DNA of 64,000 nucleotides from contig JAXLNO010000051.1 of the NCBI GenBank assembly GCA_038087875.1, forward strand, positions 496,001 through 560,000. The letters are read 5' to 3'. Origin of the DNA: Malacoraja senta (Eukaryota). Shown here piece by piece: positions 26,684-40,600 of this stretch (position 1 is its first letter; every line of letters begins with the position of its first letter). A model generated the notes under the pieces. That model was not told the origin of the DNA. It ran no database searches and worked only from the letters and a program-made list of their open reading frames with translations. A program made the translations under genes and the position numbers.

Positions 26684-28017
26684 TTACTGACATGGGACAA
26701 CATGAATCTGTATTGAGTTACTACCCATCAAACACTACAATGCCGTCTCCACTCCTCCCCTCTCCTCCACTCTCCTCTCCTCATATCTCCTATCTTCTCC
26801 CCCCTTTCTCCTCTCTCCTCACCCATCCTCTGCCTCCCCCCATTCCTTCTCTCCTCTCGCCTCACCCCCCGCTTTTCTCACTCTACTTTCCTCTCCTCTC
26901 TCTCGTCCTCCCACCCTTATCCCCTCTCTCCTCCTCCCCTCCACTCTCCTCACCACACCTCCTCTCCAACCCCTCCTCTCCCCCTATACACCACGCACCT
27001 CTTATCTCGTCTCATCCCCTCCAATCCGCTCCTCTCCCTTGATCTCTCTTCTCCACTACTCTCTTCTCCTCCCCTCTCCTCTCCATTGCTCTCTCATCTT
27101 CTCTCCTCCCCTCTACACTGCTCTCCTCTCATTTCGTTCCCTCTCCAATCCCCTCCTCTGCCCCCCTCCCACACTCTCTCTCCACACCCCTCAAATCCAG
27201 CAGCAAAGATAACTGAAATATTGTGTAGCTGAGAAATTGTCTCCTCTCCTCTCCAATCCTCTCCATCTCCTCCCTTCCACTGTCCTCTACCCCCACCTCT
27301 CTGCACCCTCTCCCCTCCTCTCCCCCTCACATCTCCTCTCACCATCCTCTCCGCTCTTCTCTCCCCTTCCCACCTCTCCCCTCCTCTCCTCTCTCCCATC
27401 CACCCGTCTCCCCCTCTCCTCTCTTCCCATCTCCACTACCCTCCACTTCCCTCCTCTTCATCTGCTCTCCTCGACCCTCCTCCCATCTCCCCATCTCCTC
27501 TCCTCTCCTCCCGTCCTCTCGGCTCCCCTCCCTCTCCCACTCCTCTTTCTGCTCTGGCCCTGTCCCCACTATTCCCCTGTCCTCCCCTCCCTTCTCTTCT
27601 CGTCTGATACCTACCCTTCTCCCATCTCCTCTCCTCCCTTCATTCCTCTCATCGCCCTCTCCTACCCCCCCCTCTCGCTCCCCACTCTCCTCTCTCATAG
27701 CCTCACCTCTCCTCCCCTCTCCTATCTTCCTCTCTCCTCCCCCTCCTCCAATCACCTCCTCCCCCTCCTCTTCTCTCCTCTCCCCTCAAATCCAACACCA
27801 AAGATAATTTGTGAAGGAGAGATTGTATCATCTCCTCCTCACCTCTCCCTTCCTCCCCTCACCTATTGTCACTCCCGTCCTCTCTTCTCCCTCCTCACCT
27901 CTACACTATCTCCTCCTCTCCTCCTTTCCCATATCCCCTCCTCCCCTCCCCTCTCCTTAACCTGTCCTCTCTCCTCTCATCTACTCTCCTCCCATCTGCT
28001 CCCCCTCTCCACTGCTC

Positions 28018-28927
28018 AAGATTCAAGATTCCAGATTCAAGATTTCCTTTATTGTCATTCAGACCTTTCTGTCTGAACGAAATTGTGATGCCTGCAGTCA
28101 TACACAAAACCAATAGTGACAAAACATACAATAAACACAAATTAAACATCCACCACGGTGAGTTCACCAAGCACATCCTCACTGTGATGGAGGCAAAGTC
28201 TTAGTCTCCGTCTCTTCCCTCCTTGTTCTCCCTCTGGGCTGAGGCGATCGATCCAGGCCGAAGATGCCGCCCTCCAGTCCAGCGGACCTCCGTGGTGATG
28301 TCGCCGCCGCCGAAAGCCGGAACGCCGTCTCCGCTCCGAGACGGCCCGCCACAGCATCAGCTCCGGGTCCCGAAGTCTCCGCTCCAGGCCGCTGCACCAG
28401 CTCTGGGTCCCGTAGTCTCCGCTCCGGGCCGCTGCCCCAGCTCCGGGTCCCGCTATCTCCGCTCCAGGACGCTGCACCAGCTCTGGGTCCCGAAGTCCCC
28501 GCTCCAGGCCGCTGCCCCAGCTCCGGGTCCCGCAGTCTCCGCTCCGGAACTCGCTGCATCAGCTCCAGGCCGCCGCCGAAAGCCAGAATGCCGCACCAGC
28601 AAGTCGGGCCACCGCTGCCCTAGCCCCGTAGACTGCCAGCCTCCCGTTGGTAAGTCCTGGTTGGCTCTGCCTCCGAAGCCTCGAGGTCGGTCGCAGGATG
28701 GAGGCCGCCAGCTTAGCCATTAGGCCTCACCGCGGACGGAGACAGAGAAGGGGGATACGACACGGAAAAGTCGCATTCCCCCGAAGGAAGAGACAGAGAA
28801 CATGTTTCTCTCCCCCCCTAACACAACTCAACAAACTAAAACTTAACCAAAACAAGACAAAAAACCCCAGAAAAAAGTAAAAACAGATGGACTGCAGGCG
28901 AGCCGCAGTCGATTAACAGCGCCGCTC
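28018..28927 (-). mobile_element. Non-coding retroposon with a GC-rich body, an internal 40-bp tandem repeat and an (ATCTTGA)n-type 3' tail
   Basis: The + strand starts AAGATTCAAGATTCCAGATTCAAGAT...TTTATT, an antisense tail with a poly(A) signal. About 5 copies of AGCTCCGGGTCCCGAAGTCTCCGCTCCAGGCCGCTGCACC lie at 28359-28570. It is absent from the paralogous region near 55260. Confidence 0.7.
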
Positions 28928-29424
28928 TCCTCCTCCCCACATCTTTTCCCCACATCTCCCCTCTTCTCCCCTCCTCCCCTCTCCTACCCTCTCTTCTCCT
29001 CTCCTCCCTCCTCCACTACCATCCTCTGCTCTCCTCGTCCTTCTTCCCATCTCCCCCTCACCTCTCCTCTCCTCCTCTCGGCTCCCCTCTGCTCTCTCAT
29101 CTCCTCTCCTCCCCTCCACACCTCTTATCCCCCTCTCCTACCCTCCCTCTGCTTACCTCTCCTCTCCTCTCTCCTCTCTCCTCTCTCCTCTCCTCTCTCC
29201 TCTCCTCTCTCCTCCCCTCTCCTCTACCATCCTCTCATCCACTCATCTTCTCTCCCCTCCTCTCCACCGCTCCTCCCCTTCCTCCCCTCCCCTCTCCTCT
29301 CCCATCCTCCCCTCTGCTACCTCCACCTCTTTTCGCATCTCCCCTCCCCTCAAATCCAGCACCAAAGATAATAGGTGGAGATAAGAGATTGTCTCCTCTC
29401 CTCCTCCCCTCTCCTCTCCACCCC

Positions 29425-30126
29425 TGTTGTGTATGAGAATATGATTAGCATATTTGAAGGTCATGCGCGATGGTACACATGCGCAGAAAGACTCAAGATG
29501 GTGATTTCAATACAAGAAGCATGTAAAGTACCTGTGTGTTCTGAGTCTTATTTAAGTCGGTTTCCAGCGCAAATACAGACCAATTTGGTGACGAGGATGT
29601 CGATTCCGTTAGCAGGAACAGAATTGCGGTCGATTTGAGGTATTCTCAAGATCAAACATACAGTTAAAGACAAGATATGTATTTGGCTCGCAAAAGGTTG
29701 GCACGGGAACGCACGATCGCCATGCAACAGGCAGTGCTGTAGCGGAACAGCACAGCTAGAAGCTAGAAGCGGAGTCCAGAGACAGTCAAGTCAGACAGGT
29801 AAATTCATCGCAGCAAAAGCTGGACTTTATGAATTTACTCTATTGTTTATTGATAACAATAATTTAGAGAATATATGCGTGCATTGCATTTATATTAGTA
29901 TATTATTATATTAGTATATTTTTATTAGTATGTCCTCTCTCCTCCCAATTATTATATTAGTATATTTTTATATTGGTATATTAGTATAAATCGATTAGTA
30001 TAAGAGAATTATTGGTAGTGAATTTACTGGATAACTGCTCAGTGATATTGTAAAGGAATTAAGTCCATTGCAGAGAACATTGTGTAAGAGGATGGAACGT
30101 TGTGTACCTGAGTAGCAACAGTGTAA
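29425..30126 (+). mobile_element. 5' LTR, PBS and leader of an old Gypsy (Mag-like) element; its gag continues at 43856-43947 and 44762-44820
   Basis: The LTR runs TGTTGTG...CA at 29425-29582. The PBS TGGTGACGAGGAT (tRNA-Ser(GCU)-like) is at 29586. It is collinear with the uninterrupted inverted copy at 53460-54752. Confidence 0.82.
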
Positions 30127-31356
30127 AACCCCTGTCTCACGGTGCGAGCTGACCCACGAGGTACACCGAGCTTAAAACAAATTTAACTCGTGGAAACCAC
30201 GTACGATTAACGTAGCGGGAACGTCGGAACTCGTGGACGCAACGTAGCGACTCTTGGCGCTAACGGCAGGTACCCGTGACACTTGTTAACTCTTGGAAAA
30301 ATTCAAACATGTTTAAACTTTTCCGCGAGTAAAATGTACTCTTGAGGTTAAAATGTGAAACATTTAAACACGTTGTCAGAACGTACTGGCCCGTGCGTTT
30401 ACCTTGGTGACTCGTGAGTCTACCGTGGGAACTCTTTAACTCAGCGGGCAGTCAGCATCTCTGGAGAGAAGGATTGGGTGATGGGATGACATTTCCAAAT
30501 TGGGGGGAGTGGGGGTTGGAGGAGGGAGGGAGGGGGGTGGAGGAGAGAGGGTGGAGAGTGGAGGGAGAGGAGGGGGAGACAGATGGGGGTGTCTTCATTC
30601 ACTAGCGGCGGGTGCCGGTCACTGAAACAGGCAGGTGAGATTTCTCATCCACCTTGCGCGTGTGTGTCTCTCTCTCCCTCTCACACAGGCTGAGAGACTC
30701 TGCCTCTGTGAGTGTACGTCTCTTTGTCCCCCTCTCCCACACACAGTAAGACCGAGGTAAGTCCATCTGTGTAAGTCCACCTGTGTCTCCCACATACACA
30801 GTAAAACTCTGCTTTGTGTGTATATACGTCTCCCCCCATTTCTCTCTTTCCCCCCAACTCTCTCTTTCTCCCCCCACCTCTCTCTTTCTCCCCCACACAC
30901 AATACGACTGATGTATTCTGCTTAGTCTCTCTTCCCTCCCACACACACAGATAGACCGAGGTCCTGTGCGCTCTTTCTCTCTCCCCCCACAGTCACCCCG
31001 AAGTACACCACACTGCTTCTGTGCCTCTCTCTCTCTGTCTCTCTCCCCCTCTCTCCTTCATACACAGTCAGAGGTCCACACTGTCTCTGTGTCTCTCTCT
31101 CCCCTACACACACACACAGACTGAGGTACACACTGCCCGTTGTGTGTGAGTGTCTGCCTCTGTCTCTCTCTCCCACACACACAGTTAAAGGTACTCCACG
31201 CTGCCTATGTGTGTGTCTATCTCTCTCTCTCTCTCTCAGTTCCACCCCCCACACCCACACACAGTCAATCAGTCAGAGGAACTCCACACTGTGTGTGTGT
31301 GTGTGCGCGCCTCTGTCTCTCCCTATCACAGTCAGAGTGAGGTACTCACCCCGCAG

Positions 31357-31564
31357 TCTCTCCGCGGCCTCACCCCGGGCAGGGTGCATCTGCCTCCCTC
31401 AGGCTGCCCAGGAAGTCAGACACGACTCCGGTGGTGGGCTCCATGCACAGCTCCTGCCGGCTGGCTGGGAGCGGCGACGGAGGACACACCAGCGGGGCAG
31501 TCTCGGCTCTCCATGCAGTCCGAGTCTCGCTGGATCCTCGTATTCCTCTGCCTCTGTCAAATGG
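31357..31564 (+). pseudogene. Candidate captured exon: 5' UTR plus signal-peptide-like MQSESRWILVFLCLCQM(G)
   Basis: The acceptor CTCACCCCGCAG ends at 31356. ccATG at 31513 opens 17 codons with a hydrophobic core, followed by a phase-1 donor G|GTGAGT at 31565. Confidence 0.5.
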
Positions 31565-32054
31565 GTGAGTATAACCTGACCCCCACCCCCCCCCACCCCA
31601 ACCTCCCTCCACCTCAACTCACGCCTGGGCACCAAAGCAGCTCAGGAGGCGAACCCTGAGCTCCGTCGCCCAACAATTTGTAGGTCACATCAATAGATGC
31701 GGCCGCGCTGAATTCTATCTTTAACTCAAAGCCGCAGGATGGAGATGTTGCTTATTAAAACAGACCTTCATTGAAGGTTGGCTCAAGAGTAACTCGGGAA
31801 ATGAACTTGTTAACTCGGGAGACGAACTTGAAACATCGCAGAAATGACAGTTAACGGCAAACTTGAGTCATACCCGTGGGAACTCGGTTAAACTCTTGAT
31901 TCTACGATACCGCTGGGGGCGACATGTTGGAGTAGTCACACTTTTCCACGCTCCCGACCTGTTCACCTCCAATTTTTATTTTAGCTCAGCCTAAGTTTTA
32001 TAACTACCCCATAATATTTAAACACCATTGACAGCATCTCTCCACGCCGTAAAG

Positions 32055-32873
32055 ATGCCAAGCAGAGGAAAGAAAGAGGAGTAAAAACGGAAGACCCGAC
32101 GACCAGCACCGGCATGGGCACGCTAGCTGCCATGTTAACAGAGCACAAGGTATCGCTACTGGCAGAATTCAACGCAGCGTTCACCAAACTGGAAACGAAG
32201 CTGCACAATATCCAGACTACTATTTTAGATCACCAACACCGTCTTTCGTCATTAGAGTCTTTTGCCGATACCACCAGCCAAGACATACGAGCTATAACGA
32301 CAATGCTAACTACGGTGACCGAAGAGAACGCCAAGCTAAAGTCTAAGCTTATCGGCCTGGAAGGCAGGAGTCGCCGAAATAACATAAGGATAGTCGGTCT
32401 TCCCGAGAATATCGAAGGCCCCCAAACAACAGCTTTTTTCTCTCAACCTGCTCGAGACTCTTGGCGAACACACACTGGAATCAGCCCCGGAGCTAGACCG
32501 AGCCCACCGTACGCTAACAGCCAAGCCAAGACCTGGTGAGAAACCCAGAGCAGTTGTGATCTGCTTCCATAGATACCAGACCCGCGAGTTGGTGGTGCGT
32601 GAGGCTCGGAGGCAGAGGGGTAATCTGAAGTACAAGGATATCCCGATCCACATTTTCGAAGACTACTGTCCCGAGATAGTTGAACAACGCTCCGCGTACC
32701 GAGACGTTATGAAGGAGCTGTACAACCTAGGTCTCAAACCCTCCCTTCATTATCCAGCCAAGCTGTTCATCATGGCCGAGGATGGAAAGAGGCGACGACT
32801 AACATCTCCCGAGGACGCTCAGGATTTCATCTCATCTTACCGTCGACGCAGACCGGGACCCACAGCCGACTGA
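32055..32873 (+). pseudogene. L1 ORF1 (coiled coil plus RRM/CTD, Transposase_22-like), frameshifted
   Basis: LEGRSRRNNIRIVGLPENIEG, then PRAVVICFHRYQ...IFEDY...YPAKL in another frame. Confidence 0.88.
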
Positions 32874-35800
32874 CTTCGCTCGGTACGTCTATACCGAGTG
32901 GCACTGGGGTCCGGTTAATCTACGGTTACACTATGGACTAACTTTAGCTTGATCGCTCTTAGCAACTAGCCATTGCTAGCGTTCGGCCTTGCTGATTATA
33001 CTAGACCCCTGTCTTGAAATGTATGAGGCTGGTAAGAATTCACCACGATTCGTGACTATCTTATACCAACTTTTCCTTATAATGTGTATGTGTAATCATA
33101 CTTGAAAGGTTCTTCACCTGCACATGCTATAAAATTGGGCTTAATGGACCCACTTTGTGGTTCGTGATCTGGCCTCTGCCTTCTTGTTTTTGCAGCTGGC
33201 TGCTAACGCTGCCAGCATTCGGCTAGTTTGTTTACACTAGTCTTCCTAGTGGACTGTCTGGGGCTGATAAGAGCTCATTACAGCCAAGGCTGTGTTATAC
33301 CAATCTGCTCCTACAGCGTTTTTGTTTAACAATACTTAATTGATGCTCTTTTGCCCTGCGCTTTAATCCAAGAGCCCAGTTTGCAACTTGCTAACTTTTC
33401 CAACGCTAACTCTTTCTTTATACCTTGTCGACTTTAAGATATACTATGTAACACCAAAGGAAGCTATTCTTGCTCCACTTATACGCTGGCTTGCTTATTC
33501 AGTATCACCATTTTGTTAATTTGCTTTGTCTTGTTATTACTATCATCATTACTATCATTACCATTAGTGTTAGCAATGACATTGGGAGTGCAACTACTAT
33601 GGCTATTATTTCAACTTTGTAATTATTTATTTATGTTTATTTTACTTTATTTCTACTTTCTATTTTTCAAATTATTATTATCATTGTTATTATTATTATT
33701 ACTATACTTATTTCATTTTATGTTACTTTACTGACATTGAGCGATTTTGTTGCTTTGGGAGGTGGAAATATTGGGAGTTAAGATCGGATATCTCCATGCG
33801 GATGGGAGGAGAACGCACCTTGGTGCAATGGGCACTCAAGGTTGAGTTGGGACTCAGGTTTGAAAGATGGTTAAGTGATATGTGTCCCACTTGATTGTTG
33901 TGTGTGTACGTGTGCATGTATCTTTTATTTTTTTATTTTTTTTATTACTCCACCCCCCCCCCCCACATCCCCACTCGCGGCAGCTGGCTTCGACGCGCTC
34001 TTCCGTCTCGACTTGCAGTACCACAGCGCGTGTCCACTCGCTTGGATATAGCTAAGTATGGCCAACACAAACGACACTCTTAGATTTGTCTCGTGGAACG
34101 TGAGGGGGGTGGGAAGTCCTACCAAGACTGACAGGATCTTGGCCCACTTGCAACAGCTCAAAGGCGATATATTTTTTATTCAAGAGACCCACCTTCGCAA
34201 CAGAGAGGTAACACGGCTCAAGGGAGGCTGGATTAGCCACTTATTTCACTCGAAATTTAATGATACGGCTAGGAGTACTGCTATCCTGATTCGTAAGAAC
34301 GTTATGTTCGAACCCCAGAAAACTGTGGAGGATCCTGCTGGCTGCTTTGTCATGGTGTCTGGCAAACTGCAGGACACACCTGTCATATTGGCCAGCATTT
34401 ACGGACCCAACTGGGATGACAGCTCATTTGTAACCAAATTTTTTACATCTCTCCCAAATATTGAAAATCACCACGTCATTGTGGATGGAGATTTTAATCT
34501 GGTCCAAGACCCTATACTGGACAGATCTTCGAACAAAGCCTCTACTTTAACTAAATCAGGTAAGACTCTGCATGCTTTTGCCAAACAACTAGGGCTCACA
34601 GACCCATGGAGATTTACATTCCCCACGACTAAATTATTTTCATTTTTGCCCCACGTGCACCGTACCTATACCCGTATAGACTTCTTTCTCTTAGATAATA
34701 GACTGCTCTCCAAAATCAAATCCAGCGAGTATCAAAGCATCGTAATATCAGATCACGCTGCGACCTCCCTCGATCTCCACTTTCGTAAACGAACTAACCC
34801 CTTTAAACAGTGGAGGTTCAACTCCTCGTTATTAGCAGAGGCTCACTACATGCAATTCTTGCACTCCCAAATCATCTTATATTTTGAGCTGAATGACTCG
34901 CCGGACATAGAAAGAGGTATACTCTGGGAAGCTTCAAAAGCCTATATTAGGGGCCAACTTATCTCTTTTGTCTCCACCCTGAAAAGAACCGACACGTCCC
35001 AAACGGCAGAACTGTTACAAAAAATAAAGGACATTGATGACAAATATGCATCTGACCCAGACCCTAACCTTTATAGAGAACGCCCTAGGTTACAAACAGA
35101 CTTTGACCTCACGTCTACTAATAAAGCCTAATCTACTGCTTAAATCTAGGCAACACTTTTTTGAATCTGGGGATAAAGCTGGGAAACATTTGGCCCATCA
35201 GGCCAGAACCGAGGAGACTTCACGGCTAATTCCAGCCATTAGATACAGTTTAGGGGAGATTCATACTGATCCTCTTAGAATTAATGAAGCATTTGCCAAA
35301 TCCTACGCTGAACTATACGCTTCCGACTGTCCTCCCACTGCAGGTGACATGCTCAGTAGTTTGACGTTTCCCCGAATTGACGATGAAGCCACGAGAGGCT
35401 TGGGTGGTCCCATAACTGTTGCTGAGGTCCAAGCAGCCATCACATTGCTGCAAAGCGGAAAGTCACCCGGCCCTGACGGCTTCACTGTAGAATATTACAA
35501 AGCTTTCTCTGCACTCCTCGCACCAGTCCTGAGAGATATGTACAATGAGGCGTTTTTACATCGTCGCCTACCGCCCACCTTGTCGTGGGCTACTATCTCC
35601 CTAATTCTTAAAAAGGAGAAAGATCCCCTGCTTTGTAGTAGCTATAGACCAATTTCACTCCTGAATGTGGACCTCAAAATCCTCTCTAAAGCCCTTGCGC
35701 TCCGTCTTCAACGAGTGCCCTCTATTATCTTGTTAGATCAAACAGGGTTCATACCAGGCCGACAGTCTTCCCACAATACTAGGCGTCTCCTTAACATCAT

Positions 35801-36146
35801 CCATTCACCGAGTAGTGAGACCCCGGTGATAGTGGTCTCCCTCGACGCCGAAAAAGCTTTCGACAGGGTCGAGTGGAGGTACCTATATGAGGCGATGGAC
35901 AGGTTTGGCCTCGGTAACAGTTTTATTCTTTGGGTCAGTCTATTATACTCGTCCCCGGTGGCCTCAGTACAAACAAACGGCACACTGTCGCCCAACTTCC
36001 CCCTTCAGAGAGGTACCAGACAGGGTTGCCCGTTATCACCACTCCTGTTTGCTGTCGCGATAGAACCCTTGGCGGTCTGGTTACGCTCAGAGAAGGGCTT
36101 TAAAGGTATTACACGGTTCGACAAAACACATAAACTCTCATTATAT

Positions 36147-37589
36147 AGATACATAGAAAATATGTGCAGGAGTAGGCCATTCGGCCCTTCGAGCCTGCAC
36201 CGCCATTCAATATGATCATGGCTGATCATCCAACTCAGTATCCCGTACCTGCCTTCTCTCCATATCCCTGATCCCTTTAGCCACAAGGTCCACATCTAAC
36301 TCCCTCTTAAATATAGCCAATGAACTGGCCTCAACTACCCTCTGTGGCAGAGAGTTCCAGAGATTCACCACTCTCTGTGTGAAAACGTTTTTCCTCATCT
36401 CGGTCTTAAAGGATTTCCCCCTTATTCTTAAGCTGTGACCCTTTGTCCTGGACTTCCCCAACATCGGGAACAATCTTCCTGCATCTAGCCTGTCCAACCC
36501 CATAAGAATTTTGTACGTTTCTATAAGATCCCCTCTCAATCTCCTAAATTCTAGCGAGTATAAGCCAAGTCTATCCAGTCTTTCTTCATATGAAAGTCCT
36601 GACATCCCAGGAATCAGTCTGGTGAACCTTCTCTGCACTCCCTCTATGGCTATAATGTCCTTCCTCAGATTTGGAGACCAAAACTGTACGCAATACTCCA
36701 GGTGTGGTCTCACCAAGACCCTGTACAACTGCAGTAGAACCTCCCTGCTCCTATACTCAAATCCTCTTGCAATGAAGGCCAACATACCATTCGCTTTCTT
36801 CAATGCCTGCTGCACCTGCATGCCTACTTTCAATGACTGGTGTACCATGACACCCAGGTCTCGCTGCATTCACCATTTCCTAATCGGCCACCATTTAGAT
36901 AATAGTCTGCCTTCCCGTTTTTGCCACCAAAGTGGATAACCTCACATGTATCCACATTATACTGCATCTGCCAAACATTTGCCCACTCACCCAGCCTATC
37001 CAAGTCACCTTGCAGTCTCCTAGCATCCTCCTCACAGCTAACACTGTCCCCCAGCTTAGTGTCATCCGCAAACTTGGAGATGTTGCTTTCAATTCCCTCG
37101 TCCAGATCATTAATATAAATTGTAAATAGCTGGGGTCCAGGCACTGAGCCTTGCGGTACCCCAATAGTCACTGCCTGCCATTGTGAAAAGGACCCGTTTA
37201 GTCCTACTCTTTGCTTCCTGTTTCCCAGCCAGTTCTCTATCCACATCAATACTGAACCCCCAATACCGTGTGATTTAAGTTTGTATCCTAATCTCTTATG
37301 TGGTACCTTGTCGAAAGCCTTCTGAAAGTCCAGATACAACACATCCACTGGTTCTCCCCTATCCACTCTACTAGTTACATCCTGGAAAAATTCTATAAGA
37401 TTCGTCAGACACGATTTACCTTTCGTAAATCCATGCTGACTTTGTCCAATGATTTCACCACTTTCCAAATGTGCTGCTATCCCATCTTTAATAACTGACT
37501 CTAGCAGTTTCCCCACTACCGATGTTAGACTAACTGGTCTGTATTCCCCGTTTTCTCTCTCCTTCCCTTCTTAAAAAGTGGGGTTACGT
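36147..37589 (-). mobile_element. 5'-truncated CR1 LINE nested in the L1 RT, same family as 8375-10426
   Basis: ORFs 36830-37516 and 36216-36869 have FQKAFDKVPH, KFADD and RPHLEYCVQFWSP. The 3' UTR ends ...GGCCTACTCCTGCACATATTTTCTATG. The flanks TTATAT / TTGTAT are a probable TSD. Confidence 0.93.
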
Positions 37590-37688
37590 TTGTATGCGGA
37601 TGACCTGCTCCTGTACATCTCGATCCCAGTCAGTTCTCTCCCTGTGATTACGGATATTTTAGAACGGTTTGGTGCGTATTCTGGTTAT

Positions 37689-40600
37689 TGTGGTGCGTGG
37701 GTCTCAAAAGGAAGCACGAAGTCGAGTGTTTTGAGAGGCACCTTTAATTATGTTCCTCCCGGGTGTGGGGAAGACCAAAGGAGAGAAAGATGGCTCCCAA
37801 ACCCCTGCCTTTTAACCCTTTGGCTAAGGGCCGCCTCCGGAATGAACCACTCCCGTGCCGAGGGGTTGGACAGGTATGATGGCACGACCAGTGGGAGGCG
37901 CCACAGGACCCCCCCCCCCCAGAACCCGAGGCACGAAACGCACCGGCGGGCGCACGACCCGGCGGCCCGCGTGCGGAAGTCAGCAGATCGTGGGGCTGGC
38001 GGAGGCATAGATGGAGGGGAAGGTCTAGGGATAGGTTGAGGGACCGGCGGGTGGACAGGTGGAGTGACAGGCGGAGGGAGCCGTGAAGGGGGGCGCCCTC
38101 GAGGCCGAGGTTGGGCAACCTGCACCGGCTGGTCAATGTCCAGGTGTGCCGGCTTCAACCGGTCAATCGACACTGCCTCCGGCCGGCCCCCCATGTCCAC
38201 GACAAAAGTCGACTGCCCGTGTTCCAATACCCGGAACGGGCACTCGTACGGCCTCTGGAGTGGCGTCCGGTGGGCATCACGGCGCAGGAAGACGTATGGG
38301 CAGTCCCTGAGGGCTGATGGCACGTGCGGGTGAAATGGCCCATGGCGGGACGTCGGGACGGGTGCGAGCCTGCCAACTCGCTCGCGAAGGCGCTTTTGGG
38401 TGGATGAGGGCGTTCCCTGCTGCCCCGACGCCGACGGCACGAACTCCCCGGGAACCGTGAGTGGCGAGCCGTACACGAGCTCCGCCGATGATGAGGCCAA
38501 GTCCTCTTTGGGAGCAGTCCGGATGCCCAGCATGACCCACGGCAACTCGTCCATCCAGTCCGGGCCGGAGAGTCGCGCCTTCAGTGCTGCCTTTAGCTGC
38601 CGGTGGAACCTCTCCACCAGACCATTAGCTTGCGGGTGGTAAGCCGTGGTGTGGTGGAGCCGCACCCCCAGCAAGCGAGCCATGGCTGACCACCGCTCGG
38701 AGGTGAACTGTGGCCCCCGGTCTGAGGAGATGTGCGCCGGCACCCCGAAGCGAGCAATCCAGTGCGCGGACAACGCACGAGCACACGTAGCCGTTGAAGT
38801 ATCGGCCAGCGGAATGGCCTCCGGCCACCGCGTGAAGCGGTCCACCATTGTGAGAAGGTGGGTGATTCCCCGGGACGGCTGGAGAGGCCCTACGATGTCT
38901 ACGTGGAGATGATCGAATCGCCGGTGAGGAAGACCAAACTTCTGGAGAGGCGCACGGACATGGCGCTGGATTTTCGCCGTCTGGCACGGAATGCAGGTGC
39001 GAGCCCAATGGCCCACCTGCTTGCGCAGACCGTGCCACATGAAACGAGCGGCCACTAGTGCCGTTGTCGCCCGGATTGATGGGCGAGCCAGTCCGTGGAT
39101 CACCTCGAACACCGTCCGGCGCCAGGTGGCAGGGACGATGGGGTGCGGCTGACCGGACGATGCATCGCACAGGATTGTCACTCCTCCAGGACCGAGAGGG
39201 ACATCCTCAAGGCGCAGTCCGGTAGGCGGGCATCTCATCGTCCGTGAGCTGTGCCTCTGCCAGAGCAGAATAATCAATTCCGGGCGCCATCTCGAACACG
39301 GCGTTGATAGCAGGGCGGGACAATGCGTCGGCCACCCGGTTCTCTTTCCCCTCGATGTAGCGGATAGACGTTGTATACTCCGAAATGTACGCCAATTGGC
39401 GCTGCTGCCGTGCGGACCAGGGGTCGGAAACCTTCGCCAGGGCGAAAGTGAGCGGCTTGTGGTCCGTGTAGGTGGTGAACGGGCGGCCCTCCAGGAATTA
39501 ACGAAAATGGCGCACTGCCAGGTACAGAACCAGGAGGTCGCGATCGAACGCGCTGTATTTCGTCTGCGCGCGGTTGAGGTGCCGGCTGAAGAAGGCCAGG
39601 GGCCGCCAACCTCCGCCCGTCAGTTGCTCAAGCACAGCACCAACCGCCGACTCAGAGGCATCCACCATGAGAGCAGTCGGGGCATCTGCGCGCGGGTGCA
39701 CCAGCAGTACGGCCCGAGCAAGGGCCTCCTTCGCGCCGTCAAAAGCTGCCACTGCCTCGTGGGTCCATTCAACGTTCTTGTGCTGCCCACCCGCCAGGTG
39801 TTGATACAGCGGCCGCATGATGTGGGCCGCGGATGGCACGAAACGATGGTAAAACGCCACCATGCCGACAAACTCCTGCAGGCCACGCACCGGGCGTGGG
39901 CGGGGAAACCGACGGATGGCGTCGACCCTGTCAGGCAGGGGAACCGCGCTTTGCGCAGTCACGCGGTGGCCGAGGAAGTCAATCTCGGTCACACCAAAAC
40001 GGCACTTGTCAAGGTTGATGGCCAAACCATACTCGCTGAGCCGCTGACAGAGCTGCCGAAGGTGGGCGCAGTGCTCCTGCTGCGAGCGGCTGGCCACCAG
40101 GATGTCGTCCAAATACACAAAGACGAAATCGAGGTCGCGACAAACCCCACCATTAGGCGTTGAAATTCCTGCGCAGCGTTCTTGAAGACGAACGGCATGC
40201 GCGAGAAAATAAAAAAGTCCGAATGGCGTGATGATCGCCGTCTTGGGTACGTCATCCGGATGAACCGGGATCTGGTTATAACCCCGTACCAGCTCCACTT
40301 TTGAAAATATTATGGCCCCAGCCAAATGGGCGGTGAAGTGCTGGCTGTGGGGTACGGGGTATAAATCCGTTGTTGTTGCGGCGTTCAGCCGTCGGTATTC
40401 CCCGCAAGGTCGCCAGCCCCCGTTTGACTTAGGGACCATGTGGAGTGGGGACGCCCAAGGGCTGCTCGGACGGACGATCCCCAAGGTCTCCATTGTGCGG
40501 AATTCCCGCCGTGCCAGACGCAGTTTATCCGGCGGCAGTCGGCGTGCTCGTGCGTGGAGAGGTGGGCCGGTAGTCTGGATAAAATGTACCACTCCGTGCC

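Noticed and set aside
31453..31480. WW-domain-like LPAGWERR
   Set aside because: The rest of the WW signature (GRxYY...W) is missing.
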